A stretch of 64,000 nt of DNA from a candidate division WOR-3 bacterium (GTDB taxonomy: Bacteria; Hydrothermota; Hydrothermia; LBFQ01), in NCBI GenBank assembly GCA_015492295.1, contig WGFI01000121.1, forward strand, positions 2,787-66,786, written 5' to 3'. Under the pieces are notes generated by a model. That model saw only the letters and a program-made list of their open reading frames with translations, did not search any database and was not told the DNA's origin. The position numbers and the translations under genes were made by a program. Positions 28,729 to 38,502 of the stretch are shown here, piece by piece (position 1 is the stretch's first letter; the number at the start of each line of letters is the position of its first letter).

Positions 28729-29727
28729 ATGAACGTCATAATAGCATATTTTGGCATAAGCGATATGGTTTCGGGTAAGGATGATATAGGTATATTGACC
28801 GCCCCCTACGAGTATTATAGGGAGGTTCTTACGGGTGATTTCGTCTCATCGGCTGTGAGTTTCTGGACGGGAACGACACAAAACTTCACCGTATCGGGCA
28901 TACCCGGAGGTGCAAATGTTATTAAGGCGCTTCTATTCTGGGGATGCGAGTGTAATAATCCTTCCGATCTCGCAAATATAACTTTCAATGGAAGTCCTAT
29001 AACTGGTACCGTTATAGCAAACACATCAACCTTATGTTGGGGTACCAGCAGCTACTATGTTTATGCGGCCGATGTGACATCCTTCGTATCTGGCAACGGA
29101 ACATACACCATAAGCGTTCCTCAGGCCTTACCAACCACACCGGGTGCGGATGGAGCCACATTGTATGTGGTATATTGCGATGGGACTCTACCCAAGCGAA
29201 CGATAAGCGTATATGCTATGGCACAGTACCTCAATACTTCTTCATTCTCTTGGAATCAAACGGGTTTCACCGCTACGACCACCCCATCCGCGAAGGCATC
29301 TTTAACGGTGGGCGACCCTCAGGATGGGATTCCCAACGATGGATATTTCAATGGCAACTTTATAGGATACTTTGACGGAACCGTTCCGGGAAACCATTAT
29401 GGATTCTGGGAGGGCGATGTATCAACCTGGGTACCTCCATCCGCCACATCCATAAGTTGGACGCTTTATGCGCAGTGTTCAGGTCCATGCGATTGTATAT
29501 CTCCGAATGTCAGCGTCTTTTCCGTAACTTCTGTGGATTCATCTACGATCATAACCTGCTCCTTAGGTTATGATGATGGTCTGAATGTCAGCGAGAACGG
29601 AAGAATCGGAGATTTCGGCGAAGTCATATACGATATAAACGGCAGGAAAGTTGAATGGAACCAGATAACTCGTGGAGTGTATTTCATAATCTCAAATGGT
29701 AGGGCTAGGAAGCTCATAGTCAAGTAG
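28729..29727 (+). CDS. T9SS C-terminal-domain cargo protein, function unknown
   Basis: C-terminus GVYFIISNGRARKLIVK (T9SS CTD-like). Cys-rich, Ser/Thr/Gly-rich body. Confidence 0.5.
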   Translation: MNVIIAYFGISDMVSGKDDIGILTAPYEYYREVLTGDFVSSAVSFWTGTTQNFTVSGIPGGANVIKALLFWGCECNNPSDLANITFNGSPITGTVIANTSTLCWGTSSYYVYAADVTSFVSGNGTYTISVPQALPTTPGADGATLYVVYCDGTLPKRTISVYAMAQYLNTSSFSWNQTGFTATTTPSAKASLTVGDPQDGIPNDGYFNGNFIGYFDGTVPGNHYGFWEGDVSTWVPPSATSISWTLYAQCSGPCDCISPNVSVFSVTSVDSSTIITCSLGYDDGLNVSENGRIGDFGEVIYDINGRKVEWNQITRGVYFIISNGRARKLIVK

Positions 29728-29729
29728 AA

Positions 29730-30137
29730 CTATCTCATACGGTGTCTGTGCGGTTTTCTAGGTTTTAAGGATTTTAAGAGTTCGGCGAACTTTTCGGGAC
29801 CCAGGATATCGCGAATACGCAGTTGATAGTTGAAGATTGTGGATTTGAGTTCGGTTTCTAAGGACATGAGATTTTGGAAAGTTTTCTTTATATCTTTATC
29901 GCTCGCCCCTGATAGTATCATATCGTGAAGATTCAATCTTGTGGTTTTTATCTTCGCCTCCAAGTTGAATATTTCTTCGGCCGCTTTTAGCTTTAATTTC
30001 TTTATCTCCGTAGCCTTGTCCTTCTCTACCATGCCCTGAGCCTTATTGAAAAGCATAAGTAAATGTTTTGAGGGTGAAGCGCTGACAAACCCAGGAATGA
30101 ATGCAAGCAAGGATATAGTCATTAATGCCCTTTTCAT
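29730..30137 (-). CDS. periplasmic alpha-helical protein, Spy/CpxP-like (putative)
   Basis: Canonical signal peptide MKRALMTISLLAFIPGFVSA. ~110 aa helical, basic C-terminus. Confidence 0.4.
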   Translation of the reverse strand: MKRALMTISLLAFIPGFVSASPSKHLLMLFNKAQGMVEKDKATEIKKLKLKAAEEIFNLEAKIKTTRLNLHDMILSGASDKDIKKTFQNLMSLETELKSTIFNYQLRIRDILGPEKFAELLKSLKPRKPHRHRMR

Positions 30138-30195
30138 TTTTCACCTCCTTTCAATGTAATTAGATTCCCATCTGTTCCATCTTTATAATGAAAAG

Positions 30196-31026
30196 TTGAA
30201 AATCGTTGGTGTTGATATAGGTGGTAGCAGAAGTAGGTTCGTCTTATGGGACGGTAGCAAGGTTTTAAAAAAGGGTCATTTGAAATGGAAATATGGTGAT
30301 GGTTGGATAAAGTTGAGAGAATTGACGGAGGATTTAAGGGACAAATTGGATGCCGATAAAGTGTGCTATGCTATAAGGGGGGTTTGGAATGAGAAGGAAA
30401 AACGAAAAATGGAGAGGATTTTAAAAGGTAAGGTGATAAGTGATGTTGAAGGCGTGCTCTACGATGCCTTCGGGGAAAAGGATGGTATGGTTTTAATAGC
30501 GGGTACGGGATCAATATGCGTGGCGAGGAAGGGGGGCGAAATTTACAGATTTGGGGGATACGGATATCTATTTTCGGATTGGGGAAGCGCCTTTTGGATA
30601 GGAAGGATGGCGGTTGAATTGCTGTTGAGGAAGGAGAGTTTTTTAAGAATAGCGATATTCAATTCCGAAGATTTGGAGGATGTGCGAAATAAAATCAAGA
30701 GAATATTGACATTGAAGGATGAGGATAAAATCAGGAGGATTGCAAAGTTTTCAAGGGTTGTGATAAAATGCGCGGAACTTGGGGATCAGGATAGCATATA
30801 CATAGTTCTCTCGGCGATCAAGGAGCTTTTAAGTATGTGTATAAAAGTCAGGGAGGAGAGTGGTATAAGAGACTTGGCCGTACATGGAGGGCTTTTCAGG
30901 AATAATTACTTTAAAGAGAACTTTTCCAAGTATGCGAAGAGATACGGTTTCAACATTGTGGGTTATGGGTTTGACGGTGCTCGTGGTGTCGCCAAATTTA
31001 CTATGGCATCGGGTGGCCTTAGGTAG
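30196..31026 (+). CDS. BadF/BadG/BcrA/BcrD-type ATPase (N-acetylglucosamine kinase-like)
   Basis: ASKHA phosphate-1 motif MKIVGVDIGGSRSR. LIAGTGS motif. Confidence 0.55.
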   Translation: MKIVGVDIGGSRSRFVLWDGSKVLKKGHLKWKYGDGWIKLRELTEDLRDKLDADKVCYAIRGVWNEKEKRKMERILKGKVISDVEGVLYDAFGEKDGMVLIAGTGSICVARKGGEIYRFGGYGYLFSDWGSAFWIGRMAVELLLRKESFLRIAIFNSEDLEDVRNKIKRILTLKDEDKIRRIAKFSRVVIKCAELGDQDSIYIVLSAIKELLSMCIKVREESGIRDLAVHGGLFRNNYFKENFSKYAKRYGFNIVGYGFDGARGVAKFTMASGGLR

Positions 31027-31580
31027 AGAGGTACAAAACTCTCATCCAATTCCTCACCAAACCCTTTAAAGAATAAACTTATCAGATTTATAGCCCTTAT
31101 ATATCCGCTGAATTTAGCATAACCCTTTAAAGATACATCTTCCGGTTTGTATATTCCGAGAGGTAAATCATCCGTAGGGTAAGGTATCCCATCCTTCACT
31201 AAGAAACTCTGGGCGTATATTTCTCCTTTTCTCGCGTCAAGGAAGGATATGTATTTACCCGGAGGTAATCCAACCAACATGCTTTGCAAGGTGTTGAACC
31301 CGAATACGGGTATCCTCCTGTATAAGAGTATCGCTTTAACAAAGGATGCCGAGACTCTCAAAGATGTAAAAAATCCAGGTCCGATGTTTATCAAAATCGC
31401 ATCGGGTAATTTTTCCGGTATTTCCGAAACTTTTAACACACAGGTGTTTAGCATCTCAAGATGATTGAAAGGCCTGAGATGAAAGCAGGAGAATATCTTA
31501 CCTTCATTATAGTACGAGGATGATACCCACAGGTAGGATGTATCAATGCTCAAAACGGATTTAAACCGACTTCTATCCAT
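30963..31580 (-). CDS. tsaB: tRNA threonylcarbamoyladenosine biosynthesis protein TsaB (YeaZ)
   Basis: VLSIDTSYLWVSSS N-terminus. C-terminal LYLRPPDA typical of TsaB. Confidence 0.6.
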   Translation of the reverse strand: MDRSRFKSVLSIDTSYLWVSSSYYNEGKIFSCFHLRPFNHLEMLNTCVLKVSEIPEKLPDAILINIGPGFFTSLRVSASFVKAILLYRRIPVFGFNTLQSMLVGLPPGKYISFLDARKGEIYAQSFLVKDGIPYPTDDLPLGIYKPEDVSLKGYAKFSGYIRAINLISLFFKGFGEELDESFVPLYLRPPDAIVNLATPRAPSNP

Positions 31581-31912
31581 AACGGATTCCCCGATAGATC
31601 ATAGAACCCCCTGAGACCCACGAATATCCTCCTATATCTCATCCTTACACCATAATCCAAACCTGCGGAGTATTTATTGGTGCTTATAACCCTGTATCTA
31701 CCGGCGGAGATACCTACGAAGGTTTTCAATCTAAAACTCCTAATATCAGCACTGTACCTTAAACCCAGACTTCCAAAGGATAGATCATAATCCCCGAATC
31801 CTTGATAGAACCTAACATCCGTATAAAACACTTTGAACTCATAACCAAAACCTATCCCCGGGTAAAACTTTCCAAACAACCCTCCCAAACCCACGCTCAG
31901 ATATACGCTCAC
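31550..31912 (-). CDS. small beta-strand-rich protein ending in Phe (OMP-like), no signal peptide
   Basis: Alternating aromatic/Gly pattern. C-terminal F. Confidence 0.3.
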   Translation of the reverse strand: MSVYLSVGLGGLFGKFYPGIGFGYEFKVFYTDVRFYQGFGDYDLSFGSLGLRYSADIRSFRLKTFVGISAGRYRVISTNKYSAGLDYGVRMRYRRIFVGLRGFYDLSGNPLWIEVGLNPF

Positions 31913-32000
31913 TTCTTGCTCTTATGACGCATCTTCTTGCGACGTTTCTTGAGTTTATGCTTCTTTATTTTTTTCAGCTTCCTTTTCCTTCCGCACGGCA

Positions 32001-32267
32001 TTATCTCTTCCTCCTTTTTTCTTCCTCTATCATCCTTTGCCTTATAACATTTGACATCTTAAATTTTACACGGGGTATCTTCTCATTGGAGTTCCTTCTT
32101 TTTCTCTTCACAGGAACAAACACCCCGAAACCCCTAAATTCAACTCTCTCCTGTCTTATGAAGGCCTCTGCCAGTTCCTCCAAAATCACATCCACTATAA
32201 CGCTCAATTCCTGCTTGGTTAAACCCGTACGCTCCTTTACTCTATCAATCAATTCTGCCTTCGTCAT
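32001..32267 (-). CDS. hup: DNA-binding protein HU with basic C-terminal tail
   Basis: MTKAELIDRVKERTGLTKQE...RGFGVF; the HU/IHF fold signature. Confidence 0.85.
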   Translation of the reverse strand: MTKAELIDRVKERTGLTKQELSVIVDVILEELAEAFIRQERVEFRGFGVFVPVKRKRRNSNEKIPRVKFKMSNVIRQRMIEEEKRRKR

Positions 32268-32297
32268 TGCAATGGGAATTATAAGGTTGAAAAATTT

Positions 32298-33143
32298 CTA
32301 CCATACGCTTTCTACGAATATGGTAATATCCGATATGGTTATAGCATCAGGTTTCACTTTGGGATATACCAGTATGGCCCTGTTGGATTCTAAGACCTTA
32401 GCGTATGTAAATGCTTGATATATGTCTCCCCTTCTAACCTCAGGCTTGTACTTTGCATCAAGTGGAACATTCCCTTCAACTATGAAATCGGGTTTAATCA
32501 TACCATATCCCTTAAATCTCTCACCGTTATAAATCTTCCCAACGAACTCCTCAAACAGCAAGGGAGTATTAACCACAAACCCTTGATTCCCGTATCCGAA
32601 TATGCCTGATATTATCAGATAGGCGAGTTGCCATATCTTTCGGTTTTCCGTATCATAAAACATCTTTCTGCGAAGAAAACCTTCGTTCGGAATCTTGTAA
32701 ATCGGAACATCAAATCCTAAGATCCGAAGAACATAGTTGAGATACAGTATATCCTCGGATTTTTCTAAGACATTTTTCTTCGCCGGAATCTCAAACATCT
32801 TGTGGATTTTGTACTTGTGAAGCAGGATCTTCCCTATTCCCCTCTTGTTCAGAATTTGTATATATCCTTTCTCCTTTGAGGAGAATCTCTCATAAAGCGA
32901 GAGAAATTCCTTCTTTATACTTTCAAACACCCCTATCGCTCCACCTTTCCCAGGCACTTTATAAAGCCTATCTATCATCTCGTATATCACTTCCCATCCC
33001 CACCTGGGTCTAACATCGTAGTCGTATATCTTCCCCGCCCCCCGTATAATGTAGTATTTTCCGAAACGAACAAATGCCCATTTTAAATGCTCGGGAGGTT
33101 TTGAGTGTAGCTTTACCGGTGAGAACTCTCTTACGATTTTCAA
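32298..33143 (-). CDS. McrC-like PD-(D/E)xK nuclease family protein (orphan)
   Basis: IKPDFIVEGNVPLDAKYK (D...D-A-K-Y-K) followed by DIYQAFTYAKVL, parallel to the McrC C-terminal catalytic region. No McrB-like GTPase adjacent. Confidence 0.4.
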   Translation of the reverse strand: MKIVREFSPVKLHSKPPEHLKWAFVRFGKYYIIRGAGKIYDYDVRPRWGWEVIYEMIDRLYKVPGKGGAIGVFESIKKEFLSLYERFSSKEKGYIQILNKRGIGKILLHKYKIHKMFEIPAKKNVLEKSEDILYLNYVLRILGFDVPIYKIPNEGFLRRKMFYDTENRKIWQLAYLIISGIFGYGNQGFVVNTPLLFEEFVGKIYNGERFKGYGMIKPDFIVEGNVPLDAKYKPEVRRGDIYQAFTYAKVLESNRAILVYPKVKPDAITISDITIFVESVW

Positions 33144-33226
33144 TCTATCTGACTATAACGCTTGTGGAATATCCACGGATTCCTTGGGATTGAGCCGTGA
33201 AGTATAATACACTCACTGTTCATATC

Positions 33227-36200
33227 TCACCTCCTTATAAATTTATAAACCTTTTTTCCAAGTTTGAGCATATAAACCCCCCTCGGAATACCTTTCAAAT
33301 CCACCTTTACATATCCTTCACCCTTTACACTCATAACTTTCCTTCCCGTTGGGGAATATATGCTCCCAGCTATGCGTCCTTCTTTGAAAATTTCAATGTA
33401 GTTCCTCCCGAAAACCACCTTACTCATCTCCACTTTACGATTCTCCATCACGGATACGAGTATAGGTTCATCGGGTAAGGAATCTACGGGGGAATTCGTG
33501 GCCCACCTGTTATAAAATGGCATCCCCCATTTCACGCTACCTCCGAAATTCCTCCAAGAGTAAAGTTTATTCGCCTCCGTAGGTGCGAATATGTATATGT
33601 ATCCATCATAATTGACGAGGCTCGGCGTTGAATATACGGTGTTGATTCTGAATCTGTTGTGGTCCGAGAGATCAATTGGGAATCCGTAAAGGTCCTTTCT
33701 AAGGTAAGAGTAAGCGTGCAGATAGCTTCTCGCATCCGATATTACAACTTCATCCTTGCCATCCCCGTTTATATCTCCCGTAGTCGCCATCCTACCCCTT
33801 AAAGTGGCATCTTCGGAGAATGTGTCTATAAGAACAAACTGGGAATCAATTCTATAAACCTTCACATAGGGGAATGTTTGATGATAAAAGGCTATGTCAT
33901 CGTTTCCATCGCCATCAAAGTCCAAAGGTAGGCATACACTTAGAGGATTATAAGCCGAGGAATCCACCATAATTATCGTTCCCGATGGGGATATTATGGA
34001 ATTCCTATGCCCGCATGTTATGATTTCAGGGGTACTATCACCGATAAAATCCCATACGAATAACCACCTTGAAGTCCTAACATATATAGGGAATCCCGAC
34101 AATTCGTTCAGGTTTTGATCAAAGATATGGAGGGAATCTCCGAGTTTTACAACTATCTCCCAATTCCCATCACCATCAAAGTCGTAGGTCGCGGGAGGCG
34201 AGATGAAACTCGTATCCGAGAAATCGGCCAACCTGTACTTAACCAGCATTCCGGATGGATTGTAAAGGAATATGCTGCCTTTACGACTTATCACCAGAAT
34301 GTTTAAATTTGATGATGACTTAGTTATGGCGAGGTACAAAGGATAAGGGGTTGAATCGGCATAAGAGGGGAAGTAAGGGTAGGGGACACTCCAAAGTACG
34401 GCACCATCTGAGCTTCGCAGGGCGTGGAGGTAGAATGTGGTTGCGACTATCACTTCAAGTTTTCCATCGGAATTTATATCTGCGACGACAGGATGCGTTT
34501 CAATCCAACTTCCGAGATCCGTCCTCCATATTTCCGAACCGTCAAGCTTTAATGCGTATATCCTATTAAAAGCCGAAGCCGTTATCATCTCAGGTTCCGC
34601 CGTGTTGGTTAGAAGTTGGGCGAATATCGGCCCTGAGGTCTTGGGATATTTGGGAACACTGCTGAAACGGATATATTCAATATCCTTAACGAACCACAAA
34701 CTTGGATTTGGAGATTCAACCGTTGAGAAAACCGTATCACCTTCTATTCCATCCTGAACAACGACCACGGAAAAGTTCTTGGGTGAAAAATCATCGGTTA
34801 GGTATGTGTAATTGGATCCCGTCAATGTATCGTAATTCACGGGTTGCCCATTCACAAAGACCCTCCACGAATACTTTCTACCCGTGATACCCGTATATCC
34901 CCATCTTAGGGTTATACCTCCGTTCAGGGGCTCAGAAGAGTACCAGTCTATTGAGACGGTGGGGGTATCTATCCTTATTCTATATGTACCGAAGAACTTC
35001 GGACCCGCGTACAGGTTAAACCTTATCCACCCACCGTAAGGGAAACTCCCTCGCAGATAATAAACCAAGGTATGATTCGTGAATTCGCCTGGGGCGAGCT
35101 TTGTTATGGTATTACCATACAATGGGGTCAATCCGCTGCTATCAATCACGATCCTCACATCAAATGCCGTATCGCTTCCCGAGTTTGAAACCTCAAACAT
35201 GAGCAAAAGCGTATCGGAATAGTACCTCCATTTTGCCGAATGAAACACGAGTCTCGGACCACCGATCCATACATACGCCGAATCCGTATAACCACCGGCG
35301 TATATCCTTATCTTGGTGAATTTATTCCCATCCGAGAACGGTGATCTTACCACGGTCCAATCAAATCTTACGGAACTTCCAGGTGGTATATTCGCTCCGC
35401 TGGGTAGGGTTATGGGCATCAGATCGGGGGATGTTAGTATGGGAGATACGAAGATGCCTGCTGATCCTATGTTCTTTATCCAGACATGCAAGGTCGCGGT
35501 GTCGTTCGTTGATGTTAAGGTCGCCGAATCTATCTTCAAGGCGTAGTTTGAAAATCCAGCTTTTAAGCTTCCGGTATATATTAGAGAATTTGGATGCCAA
35601 GCGGTCCAATACAGCGTATCGGATCTCTTCACCCTCAAAGTCAGTGTTCCGCTTAGATTGGTGAAACCATATCCTACGACTTCCCTGTCATCCCTCAAAG
35701 AGATCTTAACGAAGGGTTTGGGTGAGAGTGTGGTTGAATCAAGGACGGTAAAGGTTATAAGGGAATCATTTACGGTATAGGATACCATAAGCTTCTGACG
35801 AGCATCGTTATATACCCTAAGCAGGGGATCCCCTACGATATGGTAAGATAGGAGAAGATACCTATAAAGTGTTGAGTATTGCGATACATAGGAATAGGCG
35901 AATTTTCCATAATTCACTATCAATCCTATGTATGGGAAACCGTTGAAACTATTTAAGGAATCGTATATCACCGACCATATACTTGATACGGAGAGTCCAA
36001 AATCCGCCTTGGTTACCCCTACGGATGCCACAGCCTTACCCCTCTTTACGAATTCAAGCCCCAAGGAGTTGGAAAAAGGATCGTTTATAAAGCAACCAAC
36101 CCAACCTACTATGAATTTCGTATTTCCTGTGTTGAGTTCTTCCGTTCTTCTGTAATCAAACGCATCGTATGCGCTCAAAGAATTCCTCGTCATTATTATC

Positions 36201-37471
36201 TTATGGTTTGAATGTCCTATCGCGAATGTCATTATGGGTCTGAAGGAGTTTAAAGTATCCCTAACCGCCGCCGATGGATGCTCACAGATTATCCTTTTCT
36301 GAGACGAGGGTATCCGCGTTAGTTTGTTCATTAAATCCATAGCGAGAAGACAACCATCCGCGCTATCGGGATCCGTGCTATCCCCCCAAAGATTTGAGCC
36401 TATGAAAGCGAATTTGGGCACTGAGAAATCGTTGGAAGTCTCATAGTTTATAACCATCTGTATGTAATTCTGAACCTCTGACGGGCTGTTAAACGGTAAT
36501 CTTCCCACCATTATATCCGGAACCAGATCCGCATAGATGTCTTCCTCGCTACCATCCCATTCATCGTCATTTAGGTTCCAATCCCCATCAAGGGCAGAAT
36601 AATAGTAGTCCGTTAAGAGAAAGTTCCTGAACCAATTTCCATAAATATCGCTTATCGTATCGGTGAAAAGCATCACATTGGTCCTCAAAGGTGGTATGTA
36701 TTGGGCATCCGCGCCTATCAGTAGAGCGGATATTCCCCAATTCTCGTAAGCATACCTCAGAAAGTTCCTAATCTTTTCGGGTATTGAGTTCCCATTGAAG
36801 TTTGAGATCACCCATTCAACCGTGAATATCTCCGTTTTTATTCCCATTGAATTCCTGAAATCGGCCAAAGGTTTCCAGGCATCTTTTAAAGCATCCGTCG
36901 TAAGTATTATATAATCCACCCTATCTTGGGGAACGAAGCTCATAGTCTGATATTCGCGGATTCCGAGAAAGTCAAATGTACCTCTCCATATATCCGGATT
37001 TGAGTACGAGGGTTTTGAAAATCGGTAGGAAAAAGGTTTCTTTATAACATCAAATTCCACCCTCTTGTTGAGAAACACCCTTCCATTCTTGATCTGCAAG
37101 GCGCTTATGATCACAAACGCCACATTATGACCCCTGAAAAACCCCTGATTGCCCACAAATACTATATTCTCCGGATACACATCGGGCAGATGGGTTTTAA
37201 CCTTTCTATCAACGGGCATAGCATAGGTTATATTGTAGTTTATAGGCTCCTGTTCTACGAGCCTCACCCTAATACCTTCAACCCTTTCAGTGGAACTCAG
37301 GTTTATAACGAAAACTTTAAAAGGTATCTCCGGATACCCAGGATAGGTTGAAAATCTCGGCAAATTATCTATGTCTTTAAAACTAACGGAATAACCTATA
37401 AGCCACAACATAATACTGAAATTATAAGGCTGTATCACAAGCACAATAGCAAATTTTAGAGTAATACCCAT
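33227..37471 (-). CDS. gingipain-like (peptidase C25 family) protein with FG-GAP repeats and T9SS C-terminal domain
   Basis: ISALLIGADAQYIPP resembles the C25 core motif (YLLLVGD..IP). At least four FG-GAP/integrin-alpha-like Ca-binding repeats (DINSDGKLEVIV, DFDGDGNWEIVV, DFDGDGNDDIAFY, DINGDGKDEVVISD). C-terminus GVYMLKLGKKVYKFIRR is T9SS CTD-like. Confidence 0.6.
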   Translation of the reverse strand: MGITLKFAIVLVIQPYNFSIMLWLIGYSVSFKDIDNLPRFSTYPGYPEIPFKVFVINLSSTERVEGIRVRLVEQEPINYNITYAMPVDRKVKTHLPDVYPENIVFVGNQGFFRGHNVAFVIISALQIKNGRVFLNKRVEFDVIKKPFSYRFSKPSYSNPDIWRGTFDFLGIREYQTMSFVPQDRVDYIILTTDALKDAWKPLADFRNSMGIKTEIFTVEWVISNFNGNSIPEKIRNFLRYAYENWGISALLIGADAQYIPPLRTNVMLFTDTISDIYGNWFRNFLLTDYYYSALDGDWNLNDDEWDGSEEDIYADLVPDIMVGRLPFNSPSEVQNYIQMVINYETSNDFSVPKFAFIGSNLWGDSTDPDSADGCLLAMDLMNKLTRIPSSQKRIICEHPSAAVRDTLNSFRPIMTFAIGHSNHKIIMTRNSLSAYDAFDYRRTEELNTGNTKFIVGWVGCFINDPFSNSLGLEFVKRGKAVASVGVTKADFGLSVSSIWSVIYDSLNSFNGFPYIGLIVNYGKFAYSYVSQYSTLYRYLLLSYHIVGDPLLRVYNDARQKLMVSYTVNDSLITFTVLDSTTLSPKPFVKISLRDDREVVGYGFTNLSGTLTLRVKRSDTLYWTAWHPNSLIYTGSLKAGFSNYALKIDSATLTSTNDTATLHVWIKNIGSAGIFVSPILTSPDLMPITLPSGANIPPGSSVRFDWTVVRSPFSDGNKFTKIRIYAGGYTDSAYVWIGGPRLVFHSAKWRYYSDTLLLMFEVSNSGSDTAFDVRIVIDSSGLTPLYGNTITKLAPGEFTNHTLVYYLRGSFPYGGWIRFNLYAGPKFFGTYRIRIDTPTVSIDWYSSEPLNGGITLRWGYTGITGRKYSWRVFVNGQPVNYDTLTGSNYTYLTDDFSPKNFSVVVVQDGIEGDTVFSTVESPNPSLWFVKDIEYIRFSSVPKYPKTSGPIFAQLLTNTAEPEMITASAFNRIYALKLDGSEIWRTDLGSWIETHPVVADINSDGKLEVIVATTFYLHALRSSDGAVLWSVPYPYFPSYADSTPYPLYLAITKSSSNLNILVISRKGSIFLYNPSGMLVKYRLADFSDTSFISPPATYDFDGDGNWEIVVKLGDSLHIFDQNLNELSGFPIYVRTSRWLFVWDFIGDSTPEIITCGHRNSIISPSGTIIMVDSSAYNPLSVCLPLDFDGDGNDDIAFYHQTFPYVKVYRIDSQFVLIDTFSEDATLRGRMATTGDINGDGKDEVVISDARSYLHAYSYLRKDLYGFPIDLSDHNRFRINTVYSTPSLVNYDGYIYIFAPTEANKLYSWRNFGGSVKWGMPFYNRWATNSPVDSLPDEPILVSVMENRKVEMSKVVFGRNYIEIFKEGRIAGSIYSPTGRKVMSVKGEGYVKVDLKGIPRGVYMLKLGKKVYKFIRR

Positions 37472-37494
37472 TCAACTGTAAAATAACCGGAATA

Positions 37495-38502
37495 GTGGTG
37501 AATCGTCAAAAGTTCAGTGGTGCGGTTGTATACAGAAGGAAGATCTTTGGGGATCCTGTGATAACCGTATATTACTTGCGGGGGGAGCCGATATATGCGG
37601 AGAGTTTTTTAGTAAAAAGACGGTGGTGGGAAGGTTTGCTATCAGAGGAGGAGGCTGAGAACCAATTGTTCGGTGATATATTTGGGTATGCTTCTAAGGT
37701 ATATAGGGATTCGTATGCTGAGCATCTTAGGAAATATGCCAAAGAAATAATTTCTATCGCCGAGGAGATTATAAAAGATTTTGGTTGGGAACTTGATATT
37801 GAAAAGATTGAGTATTCGGCGGAGGATATATCCTCTATGTTTCATATAAGCCTCGCGGAAAAGCAGGTTATAAACGAGAATGAATCCAAGGAGCGGAAAA
37901 TCGTATCCAACCTCAATGCCCTTGGTTTTTTAACTCTGTACATATCCAGCGAAGATGGTAGATGGAACGATTATGGTTTTTCTAAAACCCTTGGATTTAT
38001 GAAGAGAACGGTGGATGAGATTATGCAGAAAATGAGAGAAACAAACGGTTCCTTTGCTCTTGTATTGCCTTTGTACATAATAGCACATCTGGATACGGAG
38101 GAAAGAAAGGTATGGATCGCGACCAAGGACATTTATAAATTGGCTTTCGCTTTAAACTATCTGAAACCTGCCGAAAATATCTCAGAAAATTTGTTAAAAC
38201 AAATAACATTTCACTGTTGCAAATTTGTTATTTGGAAAACACATGGAGATACCTTTTCTTTATTTGATGGGACAAAGACCCAAATGCTTAACCTCACGGA
38301 TATTATGGAAAAAGTGGATAAATATCTGAAAGACTACGATCGCATTTTAAGAGAAGCCCAATCCCGTATGCCTTCCAATGTGCCTCCGAAGATGAAAGAG
38401 ATGTTACTTCATAAAATGGTAATAAAAAATCCTGATATACGGGATTTCGCGGAGGAATTTGCCTCCCATTTCAGCATAACACTTGACTATGAAAAAAGTT
38501 AA
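37495..38502 (+). CDS. uncharacterised protein, first gene of three-gene operon
   Basis: ORF track. No recognisable motifs. Overlaps the next gene by 20 nt, suggesting translational coupling. Confidence 0.4.
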   Translation: MVNRQKFSGAVVYRRKIFGDPVITVYYLRGEPIYAESFLVKRRWWEGLLSEEEAENQLFGDIFGYASKVYRDSYAEHLRKYAKEIISIAEEIIKDFGWELDIEKIEYSAEDISSMFHISLAEKQVINENESKERKIVSNLNALGFLTLYISSEDGRWNDYGFSKTLGFMKRTVDEIMQKMRETNGSFALVLPLYIIAHLDTEERKVWIATKDIYKLAFALNYLKPAENISENLLKQITFHCCKFVIWKTHGDTFSLFDGTKTQMLNLTDIMEKVDKYLKDYDRILREAQSRMPSNVPPKMKEMLLHKMVIKNPDIRDFAEEFASHFSITLDYEKS

